The notes beneath the pieces are model-generated. The model was not told where the DNA came from, made no database searches, and worked only from the letters and a program-made list of their open reading frames with translations. From an uncultured Gemmiger sp. (GTDB taxonomy: Bacteria; Bacillota; Clostridia; Oscillospirales; Ruminococcaceae), in assembly GCA_963557315.1 (NCBI GenBank), contig CAUWAX010000014.1, positions 12,648 through 76,647 of the forward strand: 64,000 nt of DNA, in the 5' to 3' direction. Below are positions 28,889 through 39,092 of this stretch, piece after piece. Position 1 is the first letter of the stretch, and each line of letters begins with the position of its first letter. The translations under genes were made by a program, and so were the position numbers.

Positions 28889-30301
28889 TCAGTCGTGGCG
28901 GATGGCTTCCAGGGCGCTGATCTTGACGGCATTGTTAGCGGGCAGGATACCCGACACAAGGCCCACCAGCGTGGCAAAGACCAGAGCCGCCAGCATCAGC
29001 CAAGGCGGGATGATCGAGATGGTGCTGGACATACCGCCGTAATACATGCCGCCGCCCATCAGGCCGGACAGGTCGATGGTCTGCCCGAACACCGAGAGGA
29101 TCAACGACAGATGGTTGAGCACGAAACTGACCAGCAAACTGATGGCCACGCCCACCACACCGCCGATGAAGCCGATGCAGGAACTTTCCATCAAGAACAT
29201 GGTGCGGATGTTGTTCAGTTCACACCCCAGCACCTTCATGACGCCGATTTCTCGGGTCCGTTCATAAATGGCCATCGTCATGGTATTGATGATGTTGATG
29301 GCCGCTACCAACAGCGATACAGCCGCCACGCCGCCAAAGATCATCTGGCTGCGGACCACCTGCTTTTGCATCTCTTCCCGCTGCTGGTTCATCGAGTAGG
29401 TGTTCTCGAATCCCAAGTCATGGATGGCCTTCTCTACGTCGGCCACGTTTTCCAGCTCATCCACTTTCACATAGACCTGATCGTAGGAGGTGTTGTTGTT
29501 GGTGATCTTCGCCATCTTATAATAGGCTTCCTCGATCATCTTCAGGTCCTGGGTGCGCAGGATGATGTTGCTCTGGGTCCACCAGCCTTTGCTGGCGTCC
29601 TGCTGGATGTGTCCCACCACTTCCAAGTCCCAGGTCTGGGTCTTTTCGGTGGACCCCTCCCCCGTTTTGATGGTCAAGGTCATCTTGTCCTTGTCCACAT
29701 TGACGAAGGGTTCTACCGGGTTGCCCTGGGCGTCCACCATGCCCTGCCAGCGGTACCGGTTGGGGCTGGTTTCGCTTTTGCGGGAATCATAGAAATTGTA
29801 GCCGGTGTAATCCCCCACCAGCACCTGCAATTTGGTGGCTTTTTTGTTGGCGGGGCCGGTGTCGGGCCAGCGCCCCGAGGAAAGCTGGAATCCCATGGGT
29901 TCCAGCGCGGCGGGGTCCACGCCGGTCAGGGAACCCAGATCCATCACGTACCGGTCATTGGTGCCGGCGTTGACGCTGCCCTGCAAGGAATAGGCCGAAA
30001 CATACGCCGTTGCGGCCAGAACATGGTCCAACTTTTTAAAACTTTCGATGGCTGCGTCGTCCAGTTTGAGCGCCTTTCCGTCTGCGCCCACTGCCATGCC
30101 GCCGCCGTAGACCTGAATCTGGGTCAGATCGCCCCAGCTTTGCAGCATCTCGTCGTTGGCTTGGCTTTGGGCAATGCCCAGCGAGATCATCAGCACCACC
30201 ATGCAGGTGCCGATGACCACGCCGATGAGCGTCAGGGCGGTGCGGCCCTTGCGGCGGGTCAAGTTGCGGGCGCTCAGGGCGATTTCATCAGAGATCTTCA
30301 T
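28889..30301 (-). CDS. FtsX/MacB-type ABC transporter permease
   Basis: 470 aa. N-terminal TM helix, a large extracytoplasmic domain, and a C-terminal FtsX-like 3-TM bundle (REIGVMKVLG). Confidence 0.85.
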   Translation of the reverse strand: MKISDEIALSARNLTRRKGRTALTLIGVVIGTCMVVLMISLGIAQSQANDEMLQSWGDLTQIQVYGGGMAVGADGKALKLDDAAIESFKKLDHVLAATAYVSAYSLQGSVNAGTNDRYVMDLGSLTGVDPAALEPMGFQLSSGRWPDTGPANKKATKLQVLVGDYTGYNFYDSRKSETSPNRYRWQGMVDAQGNPVEPFVNVDKDKMTLTIKTGEGSTEKTQTWDLEVVGHIQQDASKGWWTQSNIILRTQDLKMIEEAYYKMAKITNNNTSYDQVYVKVDELENVADVEKAIHDLGFENTYSMNQQREEMQKQVVRSQMIFGGVAAVSLLVAAINIINTMTMAIYERTREIGVMKVLGCELNNIRTMFLMESSCIGFIGGVVGVAISLLVSFVLNHLSLILSVFGQTIDLSGLMGGGMYYGGMSSTISIIPPWLMLAALVFATLVGLVSGILPANNAVKISALEAIRHD

Positions 30302-31775
30302 CGCTGTCCTCAGCTTCCAGAGCGGCCAGAGCCATGGCCTTCTTCTTTTTCTTACGCTTGATGACGACTACGACCACCACGACGACCACCGCGCCGCAGG
30401 CAACGATGAGCACCCAGCCCCAGACCGGCATGCCGGTGGTTTGGGGCTGCATCTCATCGATGGTGGGGTCCGTGATGGACGGGTCGTACATCATCTCTTC
30501 CACGGTGGTGGAGAAATCCTTGGTGATGGTGCGGGCTTCGCCGCTGGCGTCCTCGTAGCTCAGCGTGATGGTACCGGTCACCGCACCGGCGGCGTCGGGC
30601 GTCAGGTCAAAGTCCACGCTGCCCTCGGTGCCGGCGTTGAGGTTGCCTAAGTACTGGTAGCCGCCGGCGCCCAGATTGGTGCCGGACAGCCGGGCTTCCA
30701 GATTGGAAATGGGGTTTTTGCCCTTGTTGACGTAGCTCAGGGAAACGCTGGCCGTTTCGCCCAGCACCACGCTGGAGGGCACCTGAAGCTGGCCCACCTC
30801 GAAGCGGTCGGGCTGGCTGATGGGGATCGAGATGGAGGTGGTGCCCGTGACGGTCTTGCCGGAGATGGCCCCGATGCCCGTGAGGTTCACGGTGATGTCG
30901 GCCACGGTGCCGGTAAAGCCGGAGGAGGGCAGGACCGGGAAGGTGACTTCCCGGATGGATTCAGGGGAAAGGCTGCCGATATAGTTGGAGAGGCTGCCGC
31001 TGGCCAGAGAAACGTTTTCCGGCATGGTCAGCGAAACGATGACATCGGACAGGTCCTCGTTGCCGGCGGTGGCGTAGACGCCCAGCGAGAGGGTGAACTC
31101 CTCACCGGCTACCACGGGGCCGTCGCCGTAGCTGGAGGAACGGACCAGCAAATTGGGAGAGGTGGTCTGGTCCTTGTCCACGCACTGGCCGATGGAAACG
31201 CTGAACTGCTGCATGGGCTTGGTGGTATCCAGATAGGTCAGGTTGATGGGCAGGGTGTTGCCGCCGCCGTTGTAGATCACATCCCGGAAGAGCAGCACAT
31301 AGCTGTAATAGTTGTAGTAGGCGTTGGCGGCCTTTTCTTCTTCGGTGGCCTGCCCGTTGCGCACCCGCTTCAGGCGTTCGGTGTTGGGGTCGTCGTTGTT
31401 GTCAAACAACTGGCCGATCTCGCCGATGCCGGTGTACTGGAACACCGAGGAGCTGATGCGGGCGGTGATGTCCTCCGGCCGGACGGCATACCGGGCCGAG
31501 GAATGGTCCACCACCTGCAAAACGACGTTTACATGGTCGCCCACATCCACGGTGGTGATCTCGCCGCCGGCGGTGTCGGTGACGGTGTAGCCCACCACAT
31601 AGACCCCGTCCGAAGTGGGGGGCGTGGTGTTGTCCGGCGTGGGAGTAGGCGTGGGGGTATCGGTGGTGCCGGAAGAAGCGGTGCTGTCGGAAGCGGCATC
31701 CTCCGCATGGACCACCGGCATGCCAAGCGCCGACACCAAGGCCAGCAGGGCAATCAGGGACAGGATACGTTTCAA
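30288..31775 (-). CDS. Secreted, C-terminally membrane-anchored surface protein (beta-rich repeats)
   Basis: 495 aa. Signal peptide, Thr/Pro linker, C-terminal TM helix followed by KRKKKKK and an acidic tail. Overlaps the permease gene by 14 nt. Confidence 0.6.
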   Translation of the reverse strand: MKRILSLIALLALVSALGMPVVHAEDAASDSTASSGTTDTPTPTPTPDNTTPPTSDGVYVVGYTVTDTAGGEITTVDVGDHVNVVLQVVDHSSARYAVRPEDITARISSSVFQYTGIGEIGQLFDNNDDPNTERLKRVRNGQATEEEKAANAYYNYYSYVLLFRDVIYNGGGNTLPINLTYLDTTKPMQQFSVSIGQCVDKDQTTSPNLLVRSSSYGDGPVVAGEEFTLSLGVYATAGNEDLSDVIVSLTMPENVSLASGSLSNYIGSLSPESIREVTFPVLPSSGFTGTVADITVNLTGIGAISGKTVTGTTSISIPISQPDRFEVGQLQVPSSVVLGETASVSLSYVNKGKNPISNLEARLSGTNLGAGGYQYLGNLNAGTEGSVDFDLTPDAAGAVTGTITLSYEDASGEARTITKDFSTTVEEMMYDPSITDPTIDEMQPQTTGMPVWGWVLIVACGAVVVVVVVVVIKRKKKKKAMALAALEAEDSDEDL

Positions 31776-31847
31776 GATAAGACCTCCAGTTTTTCGGCAG
31801 GCAGCGGCCCGCCGTAGCGATTTCGATGGGCAGATAAGCCGTGGGGG

Positions 31848-32669
31848 TTAGGCCTTGGCTTGGGTGGGTTGGGGCGTTTGCTTGTCTTTCCCGGTTTTTT
31901 CTTTGCTGGCGTCGCCGCCAATGTTCAGGTTGCCGTCCAAATCGGCAAACAGTTCATCCCGGTACTTTTGTTTGGTTTCGTCGTCCTGCACCACGCTGGA
32001 CTGGACCTTGCCGTCCAGAATGGTAACGATGCGGTCGGCACATTGGGCCAGTTCCGGTTCGTGGGTGACCATGACGAAGGTGACCTGCTGGGTCTTGGAC
32101 AGTTCCAGCATACGGTACAAGACCTGCTTACTGGTCATCGAGTCCAAGTTGCCGGTGGGTTCGTCGGCAAAAATGACCTTGGGGTTGCTGACAAAGGCCC
32201 GGGCAATGCCGACGCGCTGCTGCTGGCCGCCGCTCATCTCGGTGGGCAGGTGGTTGGCCCGGCCCAGCAAGCCCATGTTTTTCAGTTCCTTGCGGGCCAG
32301 CTTCATGCGGGTCTTTTTGTCCACCCCTTTGAACATCAGGGGTAAGGCTACATTTTCGGCAGCGGTCATGGTGGGCAGCAGGTTGTAACTCTGGAAGATG
32401 AACCCCAGATGGGCCTGCCGGAACCGGGCCAGTTCGGTCTCGGTCATGGCGCTGATCTCGTGCTTGCCGATGAACACCTTGCCCCGGGTGGGTTTTTCCA
32501 GCCCGGCCAGCATATTCAGCAGCGTACTTTTGCCGCTGCCCGATTGGCCCACGATACAGCAGAACTCCCCTTTCTCGATGGAGAGGTCCACGTCGTTCAG
32601 GGCCACGACCTTTTCTTTGCCCACGGCGTAGACTTTGCGCAGTTTTTCGGTGCGGATGATGGGTGCCAA
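31848..32669 (-). CDS. ABC transporter ATP-binding protein (MacB/LolD type)
   Basis: 273 aa from TTG 32669 (AAGGGGG 7 nt upstream). Walker A GQSGSGKST, signature LSGGQQQRV, Walker B VIFADEPTGNLD. Confidence 0.9.
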   Translation of the reverse strand: MAPIIRTEKLRKVYAVGKEKVVALNDVDLSIEKGEFCCIVGQSGSGKSTLLNMLAGLEKPTRGKVFIGKHEISAMTETELARFRQAHLGFIFQSYNLLPTMTAAENVALPLMFKGVDKKTRMKLARKELKNMGLLGRANHLPTEMSGGQQQRVGIARAFVSNPKVIFADEPTGNLDSMTSKQVLYRMLELSKTQQVTFVMVTHEPELAQCADRIVTILDGKVQSSVVQDDETKQKYRDELFADLDGNLNIGGDASKEKTGKDKQTPQPTQAKA

Positions 32670-33003
32670 ACATCTGCCCCCTTTCCAAGCGTGTATTGGC
32701 CTTATTCTACCATACTTCGACAGGAAAGAAAAGGCCGTCCCATGTAAATTTTTGCGGCACCGCAAACCCCATAACGGCGGGATTTGCGGCGCCTTTGTCT
32801 ATACAAACGAGGCAACCCTTCGATGGGTTGCAAAATCTTGCAAAAAAGTTACATTGCAACAAGATTTCGGCGCCCAAGGGGAAGCATTTCGGCATTTTGT
32901 CAGGGGGTCTCTCCCCTCTTTCCCTGTAAAAGAGAACAGGTACGGTCCTGCGGCCATGCCTGTTGGTTTGGAATTTTTTTGAGATTTTTTCCCTGCTTTT
33001 ATC

Positions 33004-33078
33004 GGAGTTTCTTTTTGGAGTTTTTTTGGAGTTTCTTTGCCTACTTTCTTTGCAAAGAAAGTAGGCAAAGAAAGTAGG
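33004..33078 (-). repeat. IHR copy 15, type B, with a triplicated arm and duplicated right half
   Basis: GGAGTTTCTTTTT / GGAGTTTTTTT / GGAGTTTCTTTG-CCTACTTTCTTTGCAAAGAAAGTAGG-CAAAGAAAGTAGG. It abuts the TGA at 33079. Confidence 0.9.
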
Positions 33079-33564
33079 TCACTCCATGCGGCTGACCTGC
33101 CAGCCGTCGTCGGTCAGGGTCAGGCCGATCTCGCCGGTAAAGGTCACCGGGGTAATGCCTTCCGGGCTGGCCGTCACCGTATAGGTGTAGTTGGCTTGGG
33201 TGTCGGTGTTGGAATAGGCTTCCTCCAGCGCTACCGATTCCACCACCACGGCGGTATCCGGTCAGGTGGTCAGCACCCGGGTAGGCACCCGGTTGGCCGT
33301 CAGGGTACTCAGCCCTTCCTCAGTAAAGTGCGCCCCCAGCCGCTGGGTCCAGTATTCGTTCAGCGATGCCTCGTCGGTGACGCTCTCGGCCAGTGCCGTT
33401 TCAAAGGACGCGCTGTCCCCTGCCTCGCAGCTATACACCGCCTCCAAAACCGTTTGGGCGGTGGTTTCGGCGTCCGCTTCGGGCTGGGCCCCGCACCCCG
33501 CCAACAGCGCCGCTGCCAACAGCCCTGCCGCTGCCACACCGCGGAACAAACCCTGCTTTTTCAT
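33079..33564 (-). pseudogene. Lipoprotein gene interrupted by one in-frame TGA (33262-33264)
   Basis: ORF 33262..33564 has a signal peptide and lipobox (LLAGC). The same frame continues for 60 more sense codons with typical GC3-rich codon usage (PDTAVVVESV...GWQVSRME) to the TGA at 33079, where an IHR begins, as at other gene ends. Confidence 0.6.
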
Positions 33565-33685
33565 GGAACATCGCTCCTTCTTATATAAGGTATCTTTAGG
33601 ATAGCAAACCTTTTTATATTTGTCAATAAAAACTATTGACTATTGCCCTCGGTATGGTATCGTGATACTGAAAACCTTTACAGAA

Positions 33686-34090
33686 ATGGGCAGCGCTATG
33701 AAAGCAGAACGAAGAGAAAAAGGCGGTACGCCGCAAGGGATGCGGGATGCATTCAAAAAGACCACCACCGAGATGTTGGTCTTATTCATGCTGCGTCAGC
33801 GGCCCATGTATGTCTACGAAATGGCGCAGGAAGTGCAGCGTCTGACGGCGGGGGTGCTGACCTACAACACCCTGTATCTGGCGGTCTACCGGCTGCAGGC
33901 GTCGGGCTGTATCGAGGAAGCGGAAAAACGCATCGAGGACGGCCGGGCGCGGATCTATCTGGGCATCACGGCGGCGGGGCAGGTCTACTACGAGCAGCTC
34001 TATGCCGAATACCGGACGCTGACGGCGGCGCTGGACGGGTTGTTGGCCCGGGACGGCGCCCTGTACGGAGAGGAATCGCAGGATGTTTGA
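33686..34090 (+). CDS. PadR-family transcriptional regulator
   Basis: PadR winged-helix blocks (EMLVLFMLRQRPMYVYEMAQEV...YNTLYLAVYRLQASGCIE). Start is uncertain: ATG 33686 or 33698. Confidence 0.8.
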   Translation: MGSAMKAERREKGGTPQGMRDAFKKTTTEMLVLFMLRQRPMYVYEMAQEVQRLTAGVLTYNTLYLAVYRLQASGCIEEAEKRIEDGRARIYLGITAAGQVYYEQLYAEYRTLTAALDGLLARDGALYGEESQDV

Positions 34091-34535
34091 GCAGAAACAA
34101 AAACGGTTTGTGCGGCAGGCAGCTTCCGCCCTGCCCGGGGCTGAAGCCCGGGACGCCTTTGCCCGCTATGTGGCGGGGGCAGTGCGGGATTTAAGCAGCC
34201 CCGAGGACGGCTTTGCCCCGGTGGCGGAACAGTTGGGCGGCACGGCGGAGCAGGCCGCCCGGGACTTTTTGGACAGCCAACCCCCCGAGGTGGTGGAACG
34301 CTGGCGGCAGTCTGCCCGGCGCGCCAACCGCCGCTGCTGGATCGCCGTGGGGGTGGTGATCGCGGTGCTGGCGGCCATTGTGGCCTTTTATGTAGCCACC
34401 AAGGGGGTGCTCATCGTCAACACCGAGACCACCTACTATGATTTCAGCGGCACCGACCTCACTGCCGAAGAGCAGTTGGAACTGGTCATGAAGCTCAACG
34501 AGGAGAAACATGCCGCCGACTCGGCGGCCTCGTGA
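34083..34535 (+). CDS. Hypothetical single-pass membrane protein co-transcribed with PadR
   Basis: 150 aa with one TM helix (CWIAVGVVIAVLAAIVAFYVA). Overlaps the padR 3' end by 8 nt. Confidence 0.55.
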   Translation: MFEQKQKRFVRQAASALPGAEARDAFARYVAGAVRDLSSPEDGFAPVAEQLGGTAEQAARDFLDSQPPEVVERWRQSARRANRRCWIAVGVVIAVLAAIVAFYVATKGVLIVNTETTYYDFSGTDLTAEEQLELVMKLNEEKHAADSAAS

Positions 34536-34556
34536 CCCATCGAAAGGACCCCATCC

Positions 34557-35240
34557 ATGTCTGAAGCCTATACTATTCTTCCCATCGCCCACATCCGCAC
34601 CGACTTTCCCGACAAGTTCGGCATTCCCCGGCAGAGCGGCCTTGTGCCGGAACTGACGGCCCGCATCGTCTTTGAGCCGGACTACCGGGACCCCCACGCC
34701 TTGGTGGGGCTGGAAGGGTACAGCCATCTGTGGCTGATCTGGCAGTTTTCCACCGTGGCGGCGGAGTATGCCGCCGGCAAGCGGTGGCGGCCCACCGTGC
34801 GGCCGCCCCGGTTGGGGGGCAATGCGCGGCGGGGGGTGTTTGCCACCCGCAGCCCCTACCGGCCCAACGCCTTGGGGCTTAGCTGCGTGGAACTGGCGGG
34901 CATCGAGGACGGCGACCTGTTGGTGAAAGGGGCGGACCTGCTGGACGGCACGCCGATTTACGACATCAAGCCCTACCTGCCCTATGTGGACGCCCACCCC
35001 GAGGCTCGGGGCGGCTTTGCGGACGCCACCGCCCACTATGGGCTAAAGGTAGAATGTGACCCCGCTTTTTTGGCCAAACTGCCCAAAGAAAAACAGGCGG
35101 CGCTGCTGGGGGTGCTGCAAAACGACCCCAGACCGGCCTATCAGCACGACCCCCAGCGGGTCTACACGCTGGACTTTGGGACGAACAAGGTGCGGTTCAC
35201 GGTGGACGGACAAACCTTGCAGGTACGGGAAATTTTGTAG
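34557..35240 (+). CDS. trmO: tRNA (m6t6A37) methyltransferase TrmO (TsaA/YaeB family)
   Basis: 227 aa. Family-typical blocks: IRTDFPDKFGIPRQSG, GYSHLWLIWQFS, FATRSPYRPNALGLS, GTPIYDIKPY. Confidence 0.85.
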   Translation: MSEAYTILPIAHIRTDFPDKFGIPRQSGLVPELTARIVFEPDYRDPHALVGLEGYSHLWLIWQFSTVAAEYAAGKRWRPTVRPPRLGGNARRGVFATRSPYRPNALGLSCVELAGIEDGDLLVKGADLLDGTPIYDIKPYLPYVDAHPEARGGFADATAHYGLKVECDPAFLAKLPKEKQAALLGVLQNDPRPAYQHDPQRVYTLDFGTNKVRFTVDGQTLQVREIL

Positions 35241-35380
35241 ATCGCAGCCCCCGGGATATTTGGCAAACCGTGTCATATTTCGGACTGCAAAATTGTGCAT
35301 TTTGCAAGGTTTGTAGAAAAATAGTCAAAATGCACACATCCGCCGCAAAAATCTGTGCAACATTCTAAACAAAAACCCTT

Positions 35381-35409
35381 TACGAATCAGGTTCCTTTTT
35401 GGTACAATA
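35381..35409 (+). promoter_or_regulatory. Putative nifJ promoter
   Basis: TTACGA-17 nt-TACAAT with a TGn extended -10, about 130 nt upstream of the ATG. Confidence 0.4.
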
Positions 35410-35540
35410 AAGCTATGCAAAAGCGTCTTTCTAGCTGTGCGCCCGGGGCAAAACACAGGCACACGGCCGGCTAGGCGTGGGCCTGTGCGGGTAAAACCGT
35501 GCAGAACTGCAAAACTACTCTTGAAAATGGAGGAAGAAAA

Positions 35541-38500
35541 ATGCCCAGAGCAAAACAGTCTATGGACGGCAATACCGCTGCGGCGCACGTAGCCTATGCG
35601 TTCACCGATGTGGCTGCCATCTACCCCATCACTCCGTCCAGCCCCATGGCTGATACGGTGGACCAGTGGAGCGCTGCCGGCCTGAAGAACATCTTCGGCA
35701 ACCAGGTTAAGGTCGTCGAGATGGAGTCCGAAGCCGGTGCTGCCGGTGCTGTGCACGGTGCCCTTGGTACCGGTGCCATCACCACCACCTTCACCGCATC
35801 CCAGGGCCTGCTGCTGATGATCCCCAACATGTACAAGATCGCAGCCGAAGGCCTGCCCTGCGTCTTTGACGTTTCTGCCCGTACCGTCGCTACCCATGCG
35901 CTGAACATCTTCGGCGACCACAGCGACGTTTACGCCACCCGCCAGACCGGTTTCGCCATGCTGTGCGAATCCAACCCGCAGGAAGTCATGGACCTGTCCC
36001 CCGTGGCGCATCTGTCCGCCATTGAGGGCCGCGTTCCCTTCGTGAACTTCTTCGACGGCTTCCGTACCTCTCACGAGATCCAGAAAATCGAGAAGTGGGA
36101 CTACGAGGACCTGAAGGAAATGTGCAACATGGAGGCTGTGGAGAAATTCCGCGCCGAGGCACTGAACCCCGAGCATCCCAAGACCCGCGGCTCTCACGAG
36201 AACGGCGACGTCTTCTTCCAGCATCGTGAGGCTTGCAACCCCGCCTACGAGGCCCTGCCTGCCGTTGTCAAGAAGTACATGGACAAGATCAATGCCAAGA
36301 TCGGCACCAACTATGATCTGTTCAACTACTACGGCGCCCCCGACGCTGACCGCGTGATCATCGCCATGGGCTCCATCTGCGACGTGGCCGAAGAAGTCAT
36401 CGACTACCTGACCGCTAAGGGCGAGAAGGTCGGTCTGGTTCTGGTCCGTCTGTACCGTCCTTGGGTTTCCGAGGCTTTGCTGAAGGTCCTGCCCAAGACT
36501 GTCAAGAAGATCGCTGTTCTGGACCGCACCAAGGAGCCCGGCTCTCTGGGCGAGCCCCTCTATCTGGATGTGGCCGCTACCCTGCGTGAAGCCGGCATGA
36601 ACGACATCGTTCTGACCGGCGGCCGCTACGGCTTGGGTTCCAAGGATACCCCGCCGTCCAGCGTCTTTGCTGTGTACACCGAGCTGGCTAAGGACGAGCC
36701 CAAGAGCCGTTTCACCATCGGCATCGTGGACGACGTGACCAACCTGAGCCTGCCCGAGGTCAAGCCCGCGCCCATCACCTCTGCCCCCGGCACCAAAGAG
36801 TGCAAGTTCTGGGGTCTGGGCGGTGACGGCACCGTTGGCGCCAACAAGAACTCCACCAAGATCATCGGCGACCACACCGACAAGTACATCCAGGCCTACT
36901 TCCAGTATGACTCCAAGAAGACCGGCGGTGTGACCATCAGCCACCTGCGTTTCGGCGACAAGCCCATCCGCAGCCCCTACTACATCAACCAGGCCGACTT
37001 CGTGGCCTGCCACAACCCCGCCTACATCCACATGGGCATGAAGATGGTGCAGGACGTTAAGCCCGGCGGCGTGTTCATGATCAACTGCCAGTGGACCGAC
37101 GAGGAGCTGGATCAGCACCTGAATGCTGCCGACAAGAAGTACATTGCCGACAACAACATCCAGCTGTACACCATCAACGCCATCGACAAGGCTATCGAGA
37201 TCGGTATGGGCAAGCGCACCAATACCATCCTGCAGTCCGCCTTCTTCAAGCTGGCTGACGTTATGCCCATCGACGAGGCTGTCGAGTACATGAAGGCCGC
37301 CGCCAAGAAGAGCTACGGCAAGAAGGGCGACGCCGTTGTTGAGATGAACTGGAAGGCCATCGACGCCGGTGTGGACGCTGTCCATAAGGTCGAAGTGCCC
37401 GAAAGCTGGCACAACCCCGCTCCCGACGCTGCTCCCGCCGACCTGAAGGGACCCGCTCCGCTGGTCAAGATGATCCGCGAGGTCATGGAGCCCATCAGCC
37501 GTATGGACGGCGACAGCCTGCCGGTTTCTGCCTTTGCGCATAACCCCAACGGCGAATGGGAACTGGGCGCCTCTGCTTACGAGAAGCGCGGCACCGCCGT
37601 TATGGTTCCCGAGTGGAATGCCGAGAAGTGCATCCAGTGCAACAACTGTGCCTTCGTCTGCTCTCATGCCACTATCCGTCCGTTCTGCCTGACCGCCGAC
37701 GAGATGGCCAACGCGCCCGAGAGCCTGAAGAGCGCCGACACCAAGCCCAAGGCCAGCGAGTACAAGTTCACCATGGCTGTGTCTCCTCTGGACTGCATGG
37801 GCTGTGGCGAGTGTGTCACCGTCTGCCCGACCAAGGCTATCGAGATGAAGCCGCAGGAGAGCCAGTCCGCACAGCAGGCTGCGTTCGACTACTGCGTCGA
37901 GAACATCCGCAAGAAGGACAACATCCCCGGCGTTGTGTCCGAGGTTTCCGTCAAGGGTTCTCAGTTCAACCAGCCGCTGCTTGAGTTCTCTGGCTCCTGC
38001 GCTGGCTGTGCCGAGACTTCTTACGCCCGCCTGATCACCCAGCTCTTCGGCGAGAAGATGTTCATCTCCAACGCCACCGGCTGCTCCTCCATCTGGGGTG
38101 GTACCGCTTCTATCAGCCCGTACACCACCAACAAGGAATCCGGCCATGGCCCCGCTTGGATCAACTCTCTGTTCGAGGATAACGCTGAGCACGGCCTCGG
38201 AATGCAGATCGGCTACGAGACTGTCCGTGAGAACCTGATCAAGAAGGTCGAGGCTCTGAAGGGCAAGAACGCCGAGCTGGACGCTGTCATCGACAAGTTC
38301 ATCGAGACCAAGGCCAACACCAAGGCCAACGATGCTCCTGCCAAGGCTCTGGTTGCCGCTCTCGAGGCGGACGGCTCTGCTGAGGCTCAGGAGATCCTGA
38401 AGGACAAGCAGTATCTGGCCAAGAAGAGCTTCTGGATCTTCGGCGGCGACGGCTGGGCTTACGACATCGGTTACGGCGGCTTGGATCACGTCCTGGCTTC

Positions 38501-39080
38501 CGGCCACGATGTCAACGTCATGGTCTTCGACACCGAGATGTACTCCAACACCGGCGGACAGGCTTCCAAGGCCTCCAACATCGGTGAGGTCTGCCAGTTC
38601 GCTGCTGCCGGTAAGGAAATCAGCAAGAAGAGCCTGGCCGAGATCTGCATGACCTACGGCTACATCTACGTGGCTCAGATCGCTCTGGGCGCCAACATGG
38701 CCCAGGCTGTCAAGGCCATTGCCGAGGCTGAGGCTTACCCCGGCCCGTCCATCATCATCGGCTACGCTCCCTGCGAGCTGCACGGTGTTAAGGGCGGCAT
38801 GACCAACTGCCAGAACGAGATGAAGAAGGCTGTCGAGGCCGGTTACTGGAACCTGTTCACCTTCAATCCCGCCAACAAGGCTCAGGGCAAGAACCCCTTC
38901 ACCCTAACCTCCAAGGCCGGCGATATGAGCAAGTATCAGGACTTCCTGAACAACGAGACCCGTTATAGCCGTCTGGCTCGTGCCTTCCCCGAGCGTGCGA
39001 AGGAACTGTTCGAGAAGAACCAGGCCGCTGCCGATGCTCGTTACGAGCACCTGACCCGCTTGGTCGAGCTGTACAAGTAA
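35541..39080 (+). CDS. nifJ: Pyruvate:ferredoxin (flavodoxin) oxidoreductase
   Basis: 1179 aa from ATG 35541 (GGAGGAAG upstream). Two 4Fe-4S motifs (CIQCNNCAFVC, CMGCGECVTVC) and the TPP-binding block GGDGWAYDIGYGG. Confidence 0.95.
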   Translation: MPRAKQSMDGNTAAAHVAYAFTDVAAIYPITPSSPMADTVDQWSAAGLKNIFGNQVKVVEMESEAGAAGAVHGALGTGAITTTFTASQGLLLMIPNMYKIAAEGLPCVFDVSARTVATHALNIFGDHSDVYATRQTGFAMLCESNPQEVMDLSPVAHLSAIEGRVPFVNFFDGFRTSHEIQKIEKWDYEDLKEMCNMEAVEKFRAEALNPEHPKTRGSHENGDVFFQHREACNPAYEALPAVVKKYMDKINAKIGTNYDLFNYYGAPDADRVIIAMGSICDVAEEVIDYLTAKGEKVGLVLVRLYRPWVSEALLKVLPKTVKKIAVLDRTKEPGSLGEPLYLDVAATLREAGMNDIVLTGGRYGLGSKDTPPSSVFAVYTELAKDEPKSRFTIGIVDDVTNLSLPEVKPAPITSAPGTKECKFWGLGGDGTVGANKNSTKIIGDHTDKYIQAYFQYDSKKTGGVTISHLRFGDKPIRSPYYINQADFVACHNPAYIHMGMKMVQDVKPGGVFMINCQWTDEELDQHLNAADKKYIADNNIQLYTINAIDKAIEIGMGKRTNTILQSAFFKLADVMPIDEAVEYMKAAAKKSYGKKGDAVVEMNWKAIDAGVDAVHKVEVPESWHNPAPDAAPADLKGPAPLVKMIREVMEPISRMDGDSLPVSAFAHNPNGEWELGASAYEKRGTAVMVPEWNAEKCIQCNNCAFVCSHATIRPFCLTADEMANAPESLKSADTKPKASEYKFTMAVSPLDCMGCGECVTVCPTKAIEMKPQESQSAQQAAFDYCVENIRKKDNIPGVVSEVSVKGSQFNQPLLEFSGSCAGCAETSYARLITQLFGEKMFISNATGCSSIWGGTASISPYTTNKESGHGPAWINSLFEDNAEHGLGMQIGYETVRENLIKKVEALKGKNAELDAVIDKFIETKANTKANDAPAKALVAALEADGSAEAQEILKDKQYLAKKSFWIFGGDGWAYDIGYGGLDHVLASGHDVNVMVFDTEMYSNTGGQASKASNIGEVCQFAAAGKEISKKSLAEICMTYGYIYVAQIALGANMAQAVKAIAEAEAYPGPSIIIGYAPCELHGVKGGMTNCQNEMKKAVEAGYWNLFTFNPANKAQGKNPFTLTSKAGDMSKYQDFLNNETRYSRLARAFPERAKELFEKNQAAADARYEHLTRLVELYK

Positions 39081-39092
39081 TCTTGTGCGCAT

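Noticed and set aside
33230-33264. Selenocysteine (SECIS-directed) decoding of the in-frame TGA in the lipoprotein gene
   Set aside because: I could not draw a convincing hairpin immediately 3' of the TGA. The gene is a secreted lipoprotein and not a redox enzyme, and no sel genes are in the window.
35325-38783. 1152-aa ORF on the minus strand spanning the nifJ locus
   Set aside because: It is antisense to a PFOR gene with unmistakable motifs. Its translation is low-complexity (runs of G/L/V/D/A/H) with no recognisable domain. This is the usual mirror-frame open reading frame of GC-rich coding DNA.
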